Assembly (NCBI GenBank): GCA_020348445.1
Contig: CP070751.1
Coordinates: 951,416 to 997,350 of the forward strand
Source: Thermoplasmata archaeon
Lineage (GTDB): Archaea > Thermoplasmatota > Thermoplasmata > GCA-020350865
Direction of reading: 5' to 3'
DNA: 45,935 nt
Below the pieces are notes generated by a model. The model had not been told where the DNA came from. It saw only the letters and a list, made by a program, of their open reading frames with translations, and searched no databases. Shown here one piece after another: positions 26,274-35,744 of this stretch; positions within the stretch are counted from its first letter, which is position 1, and every line of letters starts with the position of its first letter. The position numbers and the translations under genes were made by a program.

Positions 26274-27959
26274 GTGATTCAGATGATGGAGAAAAAAAAG
26301 AGATATATGAAACCCTTCATAATCTGCACGATTATGTTGGTTATGTTGGTATTGGGTTCGGGGATGCTTGTGGTAGCAGATCAACCACCTGTTGCTGATG
26401 CGGATCCCGATCATCAGACAGTCAAGGCCGGTGAAGAGGCCCGGTTCTCGGGGAGCGGTTCCTACGATCCCGATGGTTACATAGTCTCGTACTATTGGGT
26501 GTTCGGGGACGGTCTTTGTTACCCAGGGGAGAACATATCATATACCTTTAATGCTCCCGGAAATTTCACTGTAATCCTGACAGTCATAGACGATTGTGGT
26601 AACGAGGATACAGATTCTGTTACAGTGAATGTGGTGGACGAAGCACCTCCTACAAATAATATTACAGTGTGGATCGAATCCCTCACAACAGATAAAGGGG
26701 AATATGAAGTAAACGAGACGGTTTATACACAGGTGATAGTTCAAAGAGGCAACGATATTCTAACCTATGTCTGGGAGGGCACTCTTGTTTTGGAGGTTTT
26801 CGACGATACCATGATCCTTGCCTTTACAGACGATCGGCAGGTATATCTTCCAAGTGGCGGAACGACAGAAACTCATGATTTTGAATATACATTATTTCAG
26901 TTGGGTGATTACCTTGTGAGAGCCACATTGTTCGATTTTAATGGTGAACTAATGGACACAAAGGAGATTTGCATAACTGTTGGCGATGACAATTCCGGTG
27001 GAAATGGGACCAAACCTCCCAATAATGGAATCAGGATGGTCTGGATCGAATCCCTTACAACCGATAAACAGGAATATAATGTAGACGAGGTAGTCGATAC
27101 AACAGTTGTAGTCAAAAGAGGTGACGATATTTTAACCTATGTCTGGGAAGGCACCCTGGTTTTGGAGGTTTTCGACGATGCCATGATCATTGTCTTTTCA
27201 GATGATAGACCGGTATATCTTCCAAGTGGCGGAATGACAGAAACTCACAATTTCCAGTACTCGCTAACCGAGCTAGGGGATTATTTGGTGAGAGCGACAC
27301 TCTTTGACTTTGAGGACAATCAGGTTGACATAATGGAGATCTGCATAACTGTTGGCGATGATAATTCTGGTGGAAATGGGACCAAACCTCCCAATAATGG
27401 AATCAGGAGGGTCTGGATCGAATCCCTCAACACCGATAAACAGGAGTATAATCCAGACGAGATAATCGAAACAACAGTTGTAGTGAAAAGAGGCCTTGAT
27501 ATGTTAACCTATGTCTGGGAAGGCACTTTGGTTTTAGAGGTTTTCGATTGTGCCATGGTCATTGTCTTTTCAGATGATAGACAGGTATATCTTCCAAGTG
27601 GTGGAATGACAGAAACCCACATTTTCGAGTATACGCTAACCGAGCCAGGTGATTATTTGGTAAGAGCGACATTGTTTGACTTTGAAGACAATCAGGTTGA
27701 CATAAAGGAGGTCTTCATAACTGTTTGCGACGATCCGTCCGGTGGAAATGGGACCGTGCCTCCCGGTGGGGATGGTACAGTACCTCATGATGATAATGGA
27801 ATGGGCCTTTCTACCGCAGATAAAACCGGAGTTTTCCAAGAAGGTAGCAGTTGGCTGATTGCCCTGATGGCTGTTGGCGCGATTACGATAATGGCCCTAT
27901 CGGCATTGGTTACAATTCGCTACTTCAAGGATTCCCAAAATAAAAAAAAGAAATCATAA
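26274..27959 (+). CDS. Membrane-anchored surface protein: PKD domain, three Ig-like tandem repeats, C-terminal TM
   Basis: Signal peptide, PKD (SYDPDGYIVSYYWVFGDG), three 124-aa repeats, WLIALMAVGAITIMALSALV TM and basic stop-transfer tail. Confidence 0.9.
   Translation: MIQMMEKKKRYMKPFIICTIMLVMLVLGSGMLVVADQPPVADADPDHQTVKAGEEARFSGSGSYDPDGYIVSYYWVFGDGLCYPGENISYTFNAPGNFTVILTVIDDCGNEDTDSVTVNVVDEAPPTNNITVWIESLTTDKGEYEVNETVYTQVIVQRGNDILTYVWEGTLVLEVFDDTMILAFTDDRQVYLPSGGTTETHDFEYTLFQLGDYLVRATLFDFNGELMDTKEICITVGDDNSGGNGTKPPNNGIRMVWIESLTTDKQEYNVDEVVDTTVVVKRGDDILTYVWEGTLVLEVFDDAMIIVFSDDRPVYLPSGGMTETHNFQYSLTELGDYLVRATLFDFEDNQVDIMEICITVGDDNSGGNGTKPPNNGIRRVWIESLNTDKQEYNPDEIIETTVVVKRGLDMLTYVWEGTLVLEVFDCAMVIVFSDDRQVYLPSGGMTETHIFEYTLTEPGDYLVRATLFDFEDNQVDIKEVFITVCDDPSGGNGTVPPGGDGTVPHDDNGMGLSTADKTGVFQEGSSWLIALMAVGAITIMALSALVTIRYFKDSQNKKKKS
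26670..27764 (+). repeat. Intragenic tandem repeat, 3 x 372 bp
   Basis: TGGATCGAATCCCT anchors at 26670, 27042 and 27414; units 2 and 3 are nearly identical at DNA level. Confidence 0.92.
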
Positions 27960-27969
27960 TAGTTGGATT

Positions 27970-28057
27970 AATGACCCCCGATTTCCTGATCCTTCCTCGC
28001 GTAATCAGGGCTATCTGATTAGAAAGTTTTTCCTCTATAAGGGAGTTGGGGGTCATT
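27970..28057 (+). other. Intergenic stem-loop (17-bp outer stem with G-U wobbles)
   Basis: AATGACCCCCGATTTCC pairs with GGGAGTTGGGGGTCATT; inner CCTGAT/ATCAGG stem. Starts 10 nt after the stop at 27959. Confidence 0.6.
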
Positions 28058-28328
28058 GTTTTATATTAATTTAATAATGACAGAAGTAAAATATTATCTT
28101 AATTTATGATTATTAATTACTTGTATTGAAAATATCACCGAGGATTTTAGTTATTCGAAATAGAATAAATAAGGACGAAATTGGAATATGATTGCATCAA
28201 AAGCTTTAAATACTTTTTGATGAACGTGCCAAAATTTATTTATATGTATTTTTTATAATTGTTATATATCACTCATATTTATTTATCATGACAATTAATA
28301 AATTGGATGATTAGGGATGCGATAGAAA

Positions 28329-30227
28329 ATGACACTCACTAGTCGCTTTTTTGCCTGTACGGTAATGATAGGCATGCTGGTTTTAGGTTCAGCCATGCTG
28401 GTTTGTGCAAATCAATCTCCTATTGCAATTGCACTGCCCGATAATCAAACAATATATGCTGGAGAGGAAGCATGGTTCAGTGGTAATGACTCTTATGATC
28501 CGGATGGCAACATTGAATCTTACTTTTGGGATTTTCAGGACGGAACTTATAGCAGTGAATCAAATACAACTCATGTATATAACAATCCTGGAAATTATAC
28601 TGTAATCCTTACAGTAACAGACGATTTGGGTGCAAAAGACCAGGATTACGTAAATGTAACGGTTCTTGAACTTCCACAAGAAAATACCACTGTATGGATC
28701 GATTCTCTTACCACAGAAAAGCAGGAGTATAATGTGACCGAGACAATCAATACAACTGTCATAATCAAGAGGGATTACGGCAATGGACCTCCTGTCTGGG
28801 AGGGGACCTTGATTTTTGAGGTTTTTAATGACGCTATGGTCTTGGTTTATAATGATGTACGAGAAATATTTCTATCGGACGTTGCAGTGTCAGAGATTTC
28901 CTATTTCGATTTTAACTTAACTGAGGTAGGCGAATATCTTGTGAGGGCATCTTTGTACGATAATGCCAGTGTATTTGTTGAAAAGAAAGAAATTGACATA
29001 TCCATTACCCAGGAACCACAAAATCAATTACCCATTGCGATTGTGAATTCAGACGGTGAAATATTCGATATCGGTGAATCCGTGAGGTTCTATGGGCACT
29101 TATCCTACGATCCTGACGGCTTCATTGCATCCTATGTTTGGGAATTTGGAGATGGAAACTCAGGTTCTGGAATGAATGTATCGTATACCTATAATATACC
29201 AGGGAATTACACCATTATTTTAACAGTAAAAGATAATTTTGATGCGATAAATACTGATATTGTAACCGTTATAGTCTCGGAACCTGAGAATGAACCGCCT
29301 ATCCCCCATGCAAAACCTGATATTCAAAGGATTAATGTTGGAGAGGAGGCGTGGTTTTACGGTCATTTATCGTACGATCCTGATGGTTTCATAATATCAT
29401 ATCATTGGGATTTAGGTGATGGGAATTTTAAGAGTGGAGTAAACATATCCCATGTCTATGATTTTCCCGGGAATTACTCGGTAACCTTAACAGTTACAGA
29501 TAATGAAGATGCAACATTTGTGGATATTATCACGGTTGAGGTTGTAGAATCGGGCGGGGGGCTTTCTGATGAAAATAAGCCTTCCAACGAGGAGAGCAGC
29601 CATTGGAATACATTCTTATTAGCAATTGCAGCTGCAGGGATCTTATCGATTTTTACAATATTCTTTGGTACAGAAGCGGGAAGGTACAGATTTTTCGGCT
29701 TCCTTGTGCCTCTTTATACAAGGCTGAAAAAAAAGGAGATTCTCGATCATTTTACAAGAGGGAAGATATACGGCTATATATTGGCCAACCCAGGGGATCA
29801 TTACAATTCCATAAAAAAAGCCCTGGATTTGTCGGACGGAACATTTTCCCATCATATCCACATTTTGGAAAAGGAGGGAATTATAAAGTCCGCAAGGGAG
29901 GGAATATACAGGTGCTTTTATCCGGCTGGAATGCGGATACCGTCAAGTGAAAATTCTTTGAAGAAAAGTCAACTAATCATTATTGAAAAAATAAAGGAAA
30001 CACCTGGAATATCCCAAAAAGATATAGCTTCCCTTCTGGGTGTAAGCTCCCCTACAGTTAATTACCATTTAAAAGAATTGCTCAAACTCGGAATAATCGA
30101 GTCGGAAAGAGCGGGCATGAGGTTGAGGTATTTCGTTAATGCCGAGAAAGAGGATATAGAAGTGGAAATAATTCCAAAGGGCAAACTAAAGAAGGCACGA
30201 AAGAAGGAATTCATTGATTACAGTTGA
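28329..30227 (+). CDS. Membrane-spanning one-component regulator: 3 PKD plus 1 Ig-like extracellular domains, TM, cytoplasmic tandem winged-HTH
   Basis: PKD motifs, TM FLLAIAAAGILSIFTIFFG, then DHFTRGKIYGYILANPG...LSDGTFSHHIHILEKEGII and IKETPGISQKDIASLLGVSSPTVNYHLKEL wHTH patterns. Confidence 0.9.
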   Translation: MTLTSRFFACTVMIGMLVLGSAMLVCANQSPIAIALPDNQTIYAGEEAWFSGNDSYDPDGNIESYFWDFQDGTYSSESNTTHVYNNPGNYTVILTVTDDLGAKDQDYVNVTVLELPQENTTVWIDSLTTEKQEYNVTETINTTVIIKRDYGNGPPVWEGTLIFEVFNDAMVLVYNDVREIFLSDVAVSEISYFDFNLTEVGEYLVRASLYDNASVFVEKKEIDISITQEPQNQLPIAIVNSDGEIFDIGESVRFYGHLSYDPDGFIASYVWEFGDGNSGSGMNVSYTYNIPGNYTIILTVKDNFDAINTDIVTVIVSEPENEPPIPHAKPDIQRINVGEEAWFYGHLSYDPDGFIISYHWDLGDGNFKSGVNISHVYDFPGNYSVTLTVTDNEDATFVDIITVEVVESGGGLSDENKPSNEESSHWNTFLLAIAAAGILSIFTIFFGTEAGRYRFFGFLVPLYTRLKKKEILDHFTRGKIYGYILANPGDHYNSIKKALDLSDGTFSHHIHILEKEGIIKSAREGIYRCFYPAGMRIPSSENSLKKSQLIIIEKIKETPGISQKDIASLLGVSSPTVNYHLKELLKLGIIESERAGMRLRYFVNAEKEDIEVEIIPKGKLKKARKKEFIDYS

Positions 30228-30285
30228 TGAAAATTCTGAATTCCAGTAATTCTTGATGGGCTCAACTTTTGGATTACAAAGCTCA

Positions 30286-30389
30286 GGATATCCCCAAATT
30301 CCATGCCCTCGCACACCCTTCTCTCACTTAGGTGTTCTTTGCATTCCCCTTTCCTTCATCGAGGTCTAATAATATGGGTGGTATTAGAT
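30286..30389 (+). repeat. Pyrimidine-rich flank element Y, copy 1
   Basis: Aligns over about 105 bp with 45551-45654 (GGATATCC...CACCCTTCTCTC.CTTAGGTGTTCTTTGC.TTCCCCTTTCCT...TAGAT). Confidence 0.8.
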
Positions 30390-30406
30390 TTCCTTTAACA
30401 AGACTC

Positions 30407-30518
30407 AAGATAGGGGGTAGGAGTGTGGGGAATTTGGTGGGATGTTAGAAAACCAGGGGAGTAGGGAGGATGTTTCGAGGATGGGAAAGGGGGGAGGAGA
30501 AGGAGATGGGGGATGCGG
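30407..30518 (+). repeat. G-rich dispersed repeat, copy B
   Basis: Same core as copy A. Confidence 0.92.
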
Positions 30519-30600
30519 GAGAAGCAGCAAGGGGTAAAATACTTACTTAATTATTCATCATTTACTTCGTATAACCTATTATTTGCTTTTTGTTGTTTAA

Positions 30601-30987
30601 TTATTTCACATATTTTCTGACCCAGATAAGAAACAATTTTGCAGATCTAAGAAGATACTCTGCATCTTTTTTTGAGATCGGTGTACCAAGGTATCCAACG
30701 TATGCTCTTTTATCCATAGCTTCCTTGAATCTACTCCTCTGGGATCCATCATTAATTATCTTAACCACATCAACATGCATCTTTATTGCCTCTCTGTGAT
30801 CCTTTGATGCCCGTCTTTCGAGATGATATATTGTAAGGGCGTCATTGGCATTGATCATGGATTGAATAGCTGAAAAGCCAGCTGCATTGAATCTCTTTTC
30901 ATTTAGATTCTGGCTTGCAGAAGCCAGAAATTCCTCAGCCTGATTCAGGTATTGGAACGCTTCCTTTTTCCTTACTTCTTTAACCAT
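30601..30987 (-). CDS. HEPN domain toxin (HEPN-MNT pair)
   Basis: YLNQAEEFL...A.F.AIQSMINANDAL fold pattern and R-x4-H (RASKDH). Overlaps the stop of the MNT gene. Confidence 0.88.
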   Translation of the reverse strand: MVKEVRKKEAFQYLNQAEEFLASASQNLNEKRFNAAGFSAIQSMINANDALTIYHLERRASKDHREAIKMHVDVVKIINDGSQRSRFKEAMDKRAYVGYLGTPISKKDAEYLLRSAKLFLIWVRKYVK

Positions 30988-31559
30988 GTCTTATCACCAT
31001 ATAGGATTATACCTTCGTTCATTATTCTAAAGATGAAATCATCCAGATCCTTAATCCTTTTTTTAGTTTCCTTTTTGGATAGGAACACAGGGGAAATCAC
31101 AATATCATATTTTTCAAGGAAATCCATGATATGTTTCTTGATTTTTTGCTGCACAGTCGAATCTGTGTAAATGAAAAGAAGATCAATATCCCCGGCTTCA
31201 ATCACTTCCTCTCTTGCTACAGAACCAAACAGAATGATATTTTCTATACCCTTTTTTTCCACTAAATCTGCAAATTCAATGGTTTTTTGCTTGAATGCGG
31301 AAGATTCGGATTTAAAAAGGGCCCTGATATCAGTGAACAGAATATGGATCTGGTTTACCTTGTACGCTATGGATCGCCCTATCTTTTGGGCCACTACTAT
31401 TCGGCTATCCACAAGACTCTGCATTGCAGGGTGCACTGTCCCGTATGACATCCCAGTGTCTTTCACAATATCTTCCATTGAATAACTTCTTTTCGGATTT
31501 CTTAACAAACTTCGAAGAATCCTGATCTTTGACTTGGAGCCGAGAATCTTTTCAAGCAT
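30972..31559 (-). CDS. Minimal nucleotidyltransferase (MNT) antitoxin with N-terminal winged HTH
   Basis: LFGSVAREEVIEAGDIDLL (GS-x-DxD motif) and N-terminal HTH (SMEDIVKDTGMSYGTVHPAM). Start moved from 31616 to ATG 31559 to fit the TATA and operator. Confidence 0.88.
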   Translation of the reverse strand: MLEKILGSKSKIRILRSLLRNPKRSYSMEDIVKDTGMSYGTVHPAMQSLVDSRIVVAQKIGRSIAYKVNQIHILFTDIRALFKSESSAFKQKTIEFADLVEKKGIENIILFGSVAREEVIEAGDIDLLFIYTDSTVQQKIKKHIMDFLEKYDIVISPVFLSKKETKKRIKDLDDFIFRIMNEGIILYGDKTWLKK

Positions 31560-31603
31560 AGTACTGATAAAGCTTTCTTGTAGTATATATTCTTTTCGAT
31601 ATT

Positions 31604-31619
31604 TCGATGTATACATCGA
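31604..31619. promoter_or_regulatory. Perfect 16-bp palindrome, candidate operator of the MNT-HEPN operon
   Basis: TCGATGTATACATCGA, 45 bp upstream of ATG 31559, flanked by extra TCGAT half-sites. Confidence 0.6.
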
Positions 31620-31668
31620 TTTCTCGATATTATTTCTCTTTAATATAGATAAAGTTATGCGATCTGGG

Positions 31669-31705
31669 TATATTAATTCGGGTCTGGGGGGAAGATGAAA
31701 GTATT
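31669..31705 (+). repeat. ~37-bp direct repeat, left of the GH16/M23 gene
   Basis: TATATTAATTCGGGTCTGGGGGGAAGATGAAAGTATT versus 34646-34682 TATATTACTCACGGTCCTGGGGGTGGATGAAAGTATT. Confidence 0.6.
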
Positions 31706-31907
31706 GACTCTCTCTACTCTGATTTTTATTATTGATAACCGTTTAAAAACTTATATAATCGAATTTCTGGATATTATATATTACTGTAAAGGGCGTTATT
31801 CAGAAGAGAATCATGGTAGCTTCCTTTATAATGTACTGTCCAACCATAGGAAGTGCTCCTGATAGCATCATTCTGTTTTTGCGTCTTTTGCATCTGGGGT
31901 ATGTCTG

Positions 31908-34493
31908 ATGAGCAATGGATTGAAAGTCTTCATACTCGCATTCTTCTTTTTAATTGTTATTTTACCTATTCCAGTGCAGTCAGCAGGATCCATCACCGTA
32001 AACCTTCCCAACGACGGAGAGGCGTACCAGCGCGCAAGAACAAGGACAATTACCTGGAGCACCACAGGAAGTCCGGGAGCCAACGTTGATATTGATCTCT
32101 ACAAGAACAGTATCTACCACAGCCCCATTGTCTCTGGAACCCCCAATGACGGGAGCTATTCCTGGGGTCTTTCCTCGAGTCTTCCTCCCGATGTGGATTA
32201 CACTGTGAAGATCACGAGTTCGTCCGACCCTTTGATATTCGATTACAGTGATTCCCCCTTTGCAATCGGTCTTGACAAACTTACTTTTTCCGGGATCACC
32301 TGGTATGTGAGGGATACCAATGAAGCCCTTGTTGGCCCCGGTCCCAACTACTTCTCCTGCAGTCCAGAGAACATCTGGCTTGACCCTTCCGGCCAGCTGC
32401 ATCTGAACATTACGTATCGCAACGGCAACTGGTACATGGCAGAGGTGTATTCACAGGAATCCTACGGATACGGTCAGTATACCTTTATGACCAACGGCAG
32501 ATACGATTACATGGATGTGAACGCCGTTCTTGGTCTGTTCACATATCTTGATGACAACAATGAAATCGACATCGAGTTCTCGAGATGGGGCTGGGAGACG
32601 GGAACGAATCTGGGATATGCATGCCAGCCCTGGCAGACCGAGGGGAATGTCCATGCCTTTCACGCAAATCTTACAGGTAACTATTCCACCCATAGGTTCG
32701 ACTGGCAGGCGAATGAGATAAAATACCAAAGTTGGAATGGTCAACACTATTCTCCGCCAACTCCCGGGGATGTGATTCAGATCTGGAACTATACAGGTCC
32801 CGATATTCCCACTGAGAGCACTGAGCGTGTCCACATCAACTTCTGGCTCATGGGGGGACTTGACCCTGCAGATGGTCTGGAGATGGAGGCAGTGGTCACG
32901 GAATTCAATTTTACTGAGGGCACCCCCGGCAGTCTCGCAGAGGAACTTCAGAGCCGTTGGCCCCTATCGAATTCCACCACCCCCGACGAGATGCGAAGTC
33001 CCTTCGGGCCGCGGATCCAGACCGGGGTAGGTTACGATTTCCATAGGGCGATCGATCTTCCAACCCCCGAGGGAACACCGGTGGTGGCTATCATGCCGGG
33101 GCAGATAAGGCTGGCGGGTGACTACCCGTTCTATTCCCAACCGGTGGTGCAGGTACGGCACGAATACAACGGCACCACGTTCTATGCCAACTACCAGCAT
33201 CTCTCTGTCGTCCATGTGGTAGAAGATCAAGTGGTGGAGGCAGGAGATGTGCTTGGAGAGACCGGAAGTAGCCCTTCTGGCTTTGCTCACCTTCACTTTG
33301 GGATCCGGGAAGAAGGGGTCAATCTGCGGGACTGCAGCCACCCCCTGAGCTTTCTCCCCTACACGGACCTTGGGCCCCCTCAACTGGAGGTAAATTGGCA
33401 GGATGATACGCTTCACGTGAATGTGAGTGTGGGTAACCAGGAGCTTGACTTTGTCCAGCTGGATATCTCCGGGGAAGGAGTGGATATCCACCTTAATTTT
33501 GTTGAGCTCAACCACGCCACGGAAGAGCCCGATGATCTTGATAATGACACGATGCTCATCAAGGGGGTGGAGATGACAATCATCCCAAGAACCTATTCAG
33601 AGAATCAGCCTCGGGACTATTGGTTTCAGTTCCGGTTTGTAAATGAGACCGATGATCTGGTAATTGAGGTCAGTGACGTGTTGGGACAGACCACAACTGC
33701 GGCTCTGAGCCGCGGGCCTGAGCCTCCACAAAATGTTCAGGTTAAATTGGTTCCCATGGGTGTCTTTTCCGATCTGCAATTGACATGGGACGCATCAAGT
33801 GATGATGGTTCTATTTCGGAGTATGTCATTTACAGATCACTTGATCCTGCAGGACCTTACCTGGAGATTGCCAATGTATCTGCAAATGGTTCAACTTCGT
33901 ATTCCTACATTGATTCGGGTTCCGGAGTTGGGGATATCAATTCCTATTTTTACAATGTTCACACCAGAGAGAGTTCTGGTAATGAAAGTCAGAAAGGGAA
34001 GCAAGTAACAAAGTGGGTAACGCATCTGAATTCAGGTTGGAATGTTTTTTCTGTTCCGGTAATCACTGCAAGTAACCTAAGAACTGATATTCTCGCTTCT
34101 ATTGACGGTAAATATTCCGCCCTGCAGGGATACCTTTCCGGTGAATGGGAACACTGGCACAGCTCCAAGCCTTCCCAGCTCAATGACCTTGTAAACATTG
34201 ACTATAAAAGAGGTTACTACATCCTCATGGAGACCGATGATTATCTTGTAACTTGTGGAGAGGTTAATGTAAATTCCCAAATCGAGCTTGATAAGGGCTG
34301 GAATCTTGTTGGCTTTCCATTGAACCAACCTCTTTCGCAGGTGGATGCTGTCAACGGCCTTGCAGGTCCTGTTACGGTGTTTGGTTACGATTCGTCTGCT
34401 GGTAAGGATATACTTCTTGAACCTGCTGACCTCATGAATCCCACCCAGGGCTACTGGATGCATTCTTCGGTTGACCAGACGTGGACAATATAG
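31908..34493 (+). CDS. Secreted multidomain hydrolase: Ig-like, GH16-like, M23 peptidase, FN3-like, divergent WEVPL-type module
   Basis: EIDIE (ExDxE, 32562-32576), HRAID (33042-33056) and HLH (33288-33296) M23 zinc ligands, PEPPQNV...LTWDAS FN3 pattern, paired GWNV/GWNL...GYW C-terminal repeats. Confidence 0.9.
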   Translation: MSNGLKVFILAFFFLIVILPIPVQSAGSITVNLPNDGEAYQRARTRTITWSTTGSPGANVDIDLYKNSIYHSPIVSGTPNDGSYSWGLSSSLPPDVDYTVKITSSSDPLIFDYSDSPFAIGLDKLTFSGITWYVRDTNEALVGPGPNYFSCSPENIWLDPSGQLHLNITYRNGNWYMAEVYSQESYGYGQYTFMTNGRYDYMDVNAVLGLFTYLDDNNEIDIEFSRWGWETGTNLGYACQPWQTEGNVHAFHANLTGNYSTHRFDWQANEIKYQSWNGQHYSPPTPGDVIQIWNYTGPDIPTESTERVHINFWLMGGLDPADGLEMEAVVTEFNFTEGTPGSLAEELQSRWPLSNSTTPDEMRSPFGPRIQTGVGYDFHRAIDLPTPEGTPVVAIMPGQIRLAGDYPFYSQPVVQVRHEYNGTTFYANYQHLSVVHVVEDQVVEAGDVLGETGSSPSGFAHLHFGIREEGVNLRDCSHPLSFLPYTDLGPPQLEVNWQDDTLHVNVSVGNQELDFVQLDISGEGVDIHLNFVELNHATEEPDDLDNDTMLIKGVEMTIIPRTYSENQPRDYWFQFRFVNETDDLVIEVSDVLGQTTTAALSRGPEPPQNVQVKLVPMGVFSDLQLTWDASSDDGSISEYVIYRSLDPAGPYLEIANVSANGSTSYSYIDSGSGVGDINSYFYNVHTRESSGNESQKGKQVTKWVTHLNSGWNVFSVPVITASNLRTDILASIDGKYSALQGYLSGEWEHWHSSKPSQLNDLVNIDYKRGYYILMETDDYLVTCGEVNVNSQIELDKGWNLVGFPLNQPLSQVDAVNGLAGPVTVFGYDSSAGKDILLEPADLMNPTQGYWMHSSVDQTWTI

Positions 34494-34645
34494 TAAGATT
34501 ACAATCCCCGGGGTGGTGGAAAAGGATGTTTTTTAAGAAGGATAATTCCCCCTCCCACACTTTATTTTACATATATTTTGACCCTATTATTTTCGATCTT
34601 TCGAAAAGAACTGGTATCTTAATGGACGAGATTAGGTTATTTATC

Positions 34646-34682
34646 TATATTACTCACGGTCCTGGGGGTGGATGAAAGTATT
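34646..34682 (+). repeat. ~37-bp direct repeat, right of the GH16/M23 gene
   Basis: Partner of 31669-31705. Confidence 0.6.
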
Positions 34683-34830
34683 TGAATTGGGAATCCTATT
34701 TCCAGCTGTCACCACTCGGTTTTGGGAGTCCTTCTCGAGTTCAACCATTTGAATTACGGCGGTAGGGCTGGTGGCGAGTGAGGCGGTAGACAAAGAAAAA
34801 CCTCAGAAGGGCCCTCTTGACTTATTGTGA

Positions 34831-34960
34831 GATGGAGAGGAGAGGGATGTGGTGGGGGTGATAGAAACACCAGAGGGGAGACGGTGGGGGTGTTGGGTGT
34901 TAGAGGGAGTGGGGTGGATGTTTTGGGGGTAGGAAAGGGGGGAGGAGGGGATTGGATGGG
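34831..34960 (+). repeat. G-rich dispersed repeat, degenerate copy C
   Basis: Retains GGATGTTTTGGGGGTAGGAAAGGGGGGAGGAGGGGAT and GAAACACCAG; the left half is rearranged. Confidence 0.7.
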
Positions 34961-35090
34961 TGGGTTTGGTATATTTTGAGATCGAGGGTGATGAGGGGGG
35001 TATATAGAAGACTGAGAGAATTAACAATTTAAACAAATAGGTTTCGGCTTGATGGATTTTACTAGGATTAAAGGGAAAGTTATTTAAATG

Positions 35091-35113
35091 ATAATTACCA
35101 TAATGGTAATTAT
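35091..35113. promoter_or_regulatory. Inverted repeat operator of the AbiE-like pair
   Basis: ATAATTACCA-TAA-TGGTAATTAT lies between a TTATTTAAA TATA-like box and ATG 35112. Confidence 0.65.
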
Positions 35114-35735
35114 GAATAAATATACAAAAATGTATGGCTGGTTATATGAAGCCTTTGGAATTCGGGAATTCACAATAGATGAATTCAAGGCGACTTTTCC
35201 CAGTCCTCAGCATGCAAAGATTATTTTTGATTTGATTCGATCTGATTTCATCAAGCGGGTAGCTAGGGGCAAATATAAGGTCACACCACCGAAAGAATTC
35301 GTACATCAGATTGTTATGGATAGCTTGAAACAAGAACATATTTTAATGGATGCGAAAAGAAGATATGCATACTGTGCAAACGATGCAGTGGGTATATGGA
35401 CCGATGGCTATTATTGGACTGGATTCACAAGGGGATACAAGCCTATTCACATAAAGATCTTTAGAAAGGACTTAAGATTTTGGAAAGAATTCTTCATGAA
35501 GAAAGATGCCGAGTTTGCATTGGAAAACGAGAATAGAACTTTATTCGGAATAACTTATATCTTACATCCAGTAAGGGATTTGAAAATAGAATCGAAAGAT
35601 GGGATTTTCGTGATTCCGTTAAAAGAGGTAATCGATTTCTGCATTGCAAATGAATTGTCATTTCGACCTGCATTGGAATATTTGGATGAGAGATATAGCT
35701 TGAACTTGTTTCAAAGTTACGAGCATGTACATTAA
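35112..35735 (+). CDS. Putative type IV (AbiEi-like) antitoxin with N-terminal wHTH
   Basis: FTIDEFKA...LIRSDFIKRVARGKY wHTH wing pattern; directly upstream of a nucleotidyltransferase. ORF track start is 35088; 35112 is preferred. Confidence 0.65.
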   Translation: MNKYTKMYGWLYEAFGIREFTIDEFKATFPSPQHAKIIFDLIRSDFIKRVARGKYKVTPPKEFVHQIVMDSLKQEHILMDAKRRYAYCANDAVGIWTDGYYWTGFTRGYKPIHIKIFRKDLRFWKEFFMKKDAEFALENENRTLFGITYILHPVRDLKIESKDGIFVIPLKEVIDFCIANELSFRPALEYLDERYSLNLFQSYEHVH

Positions 35736-35744
35736 GGTGAGAAT

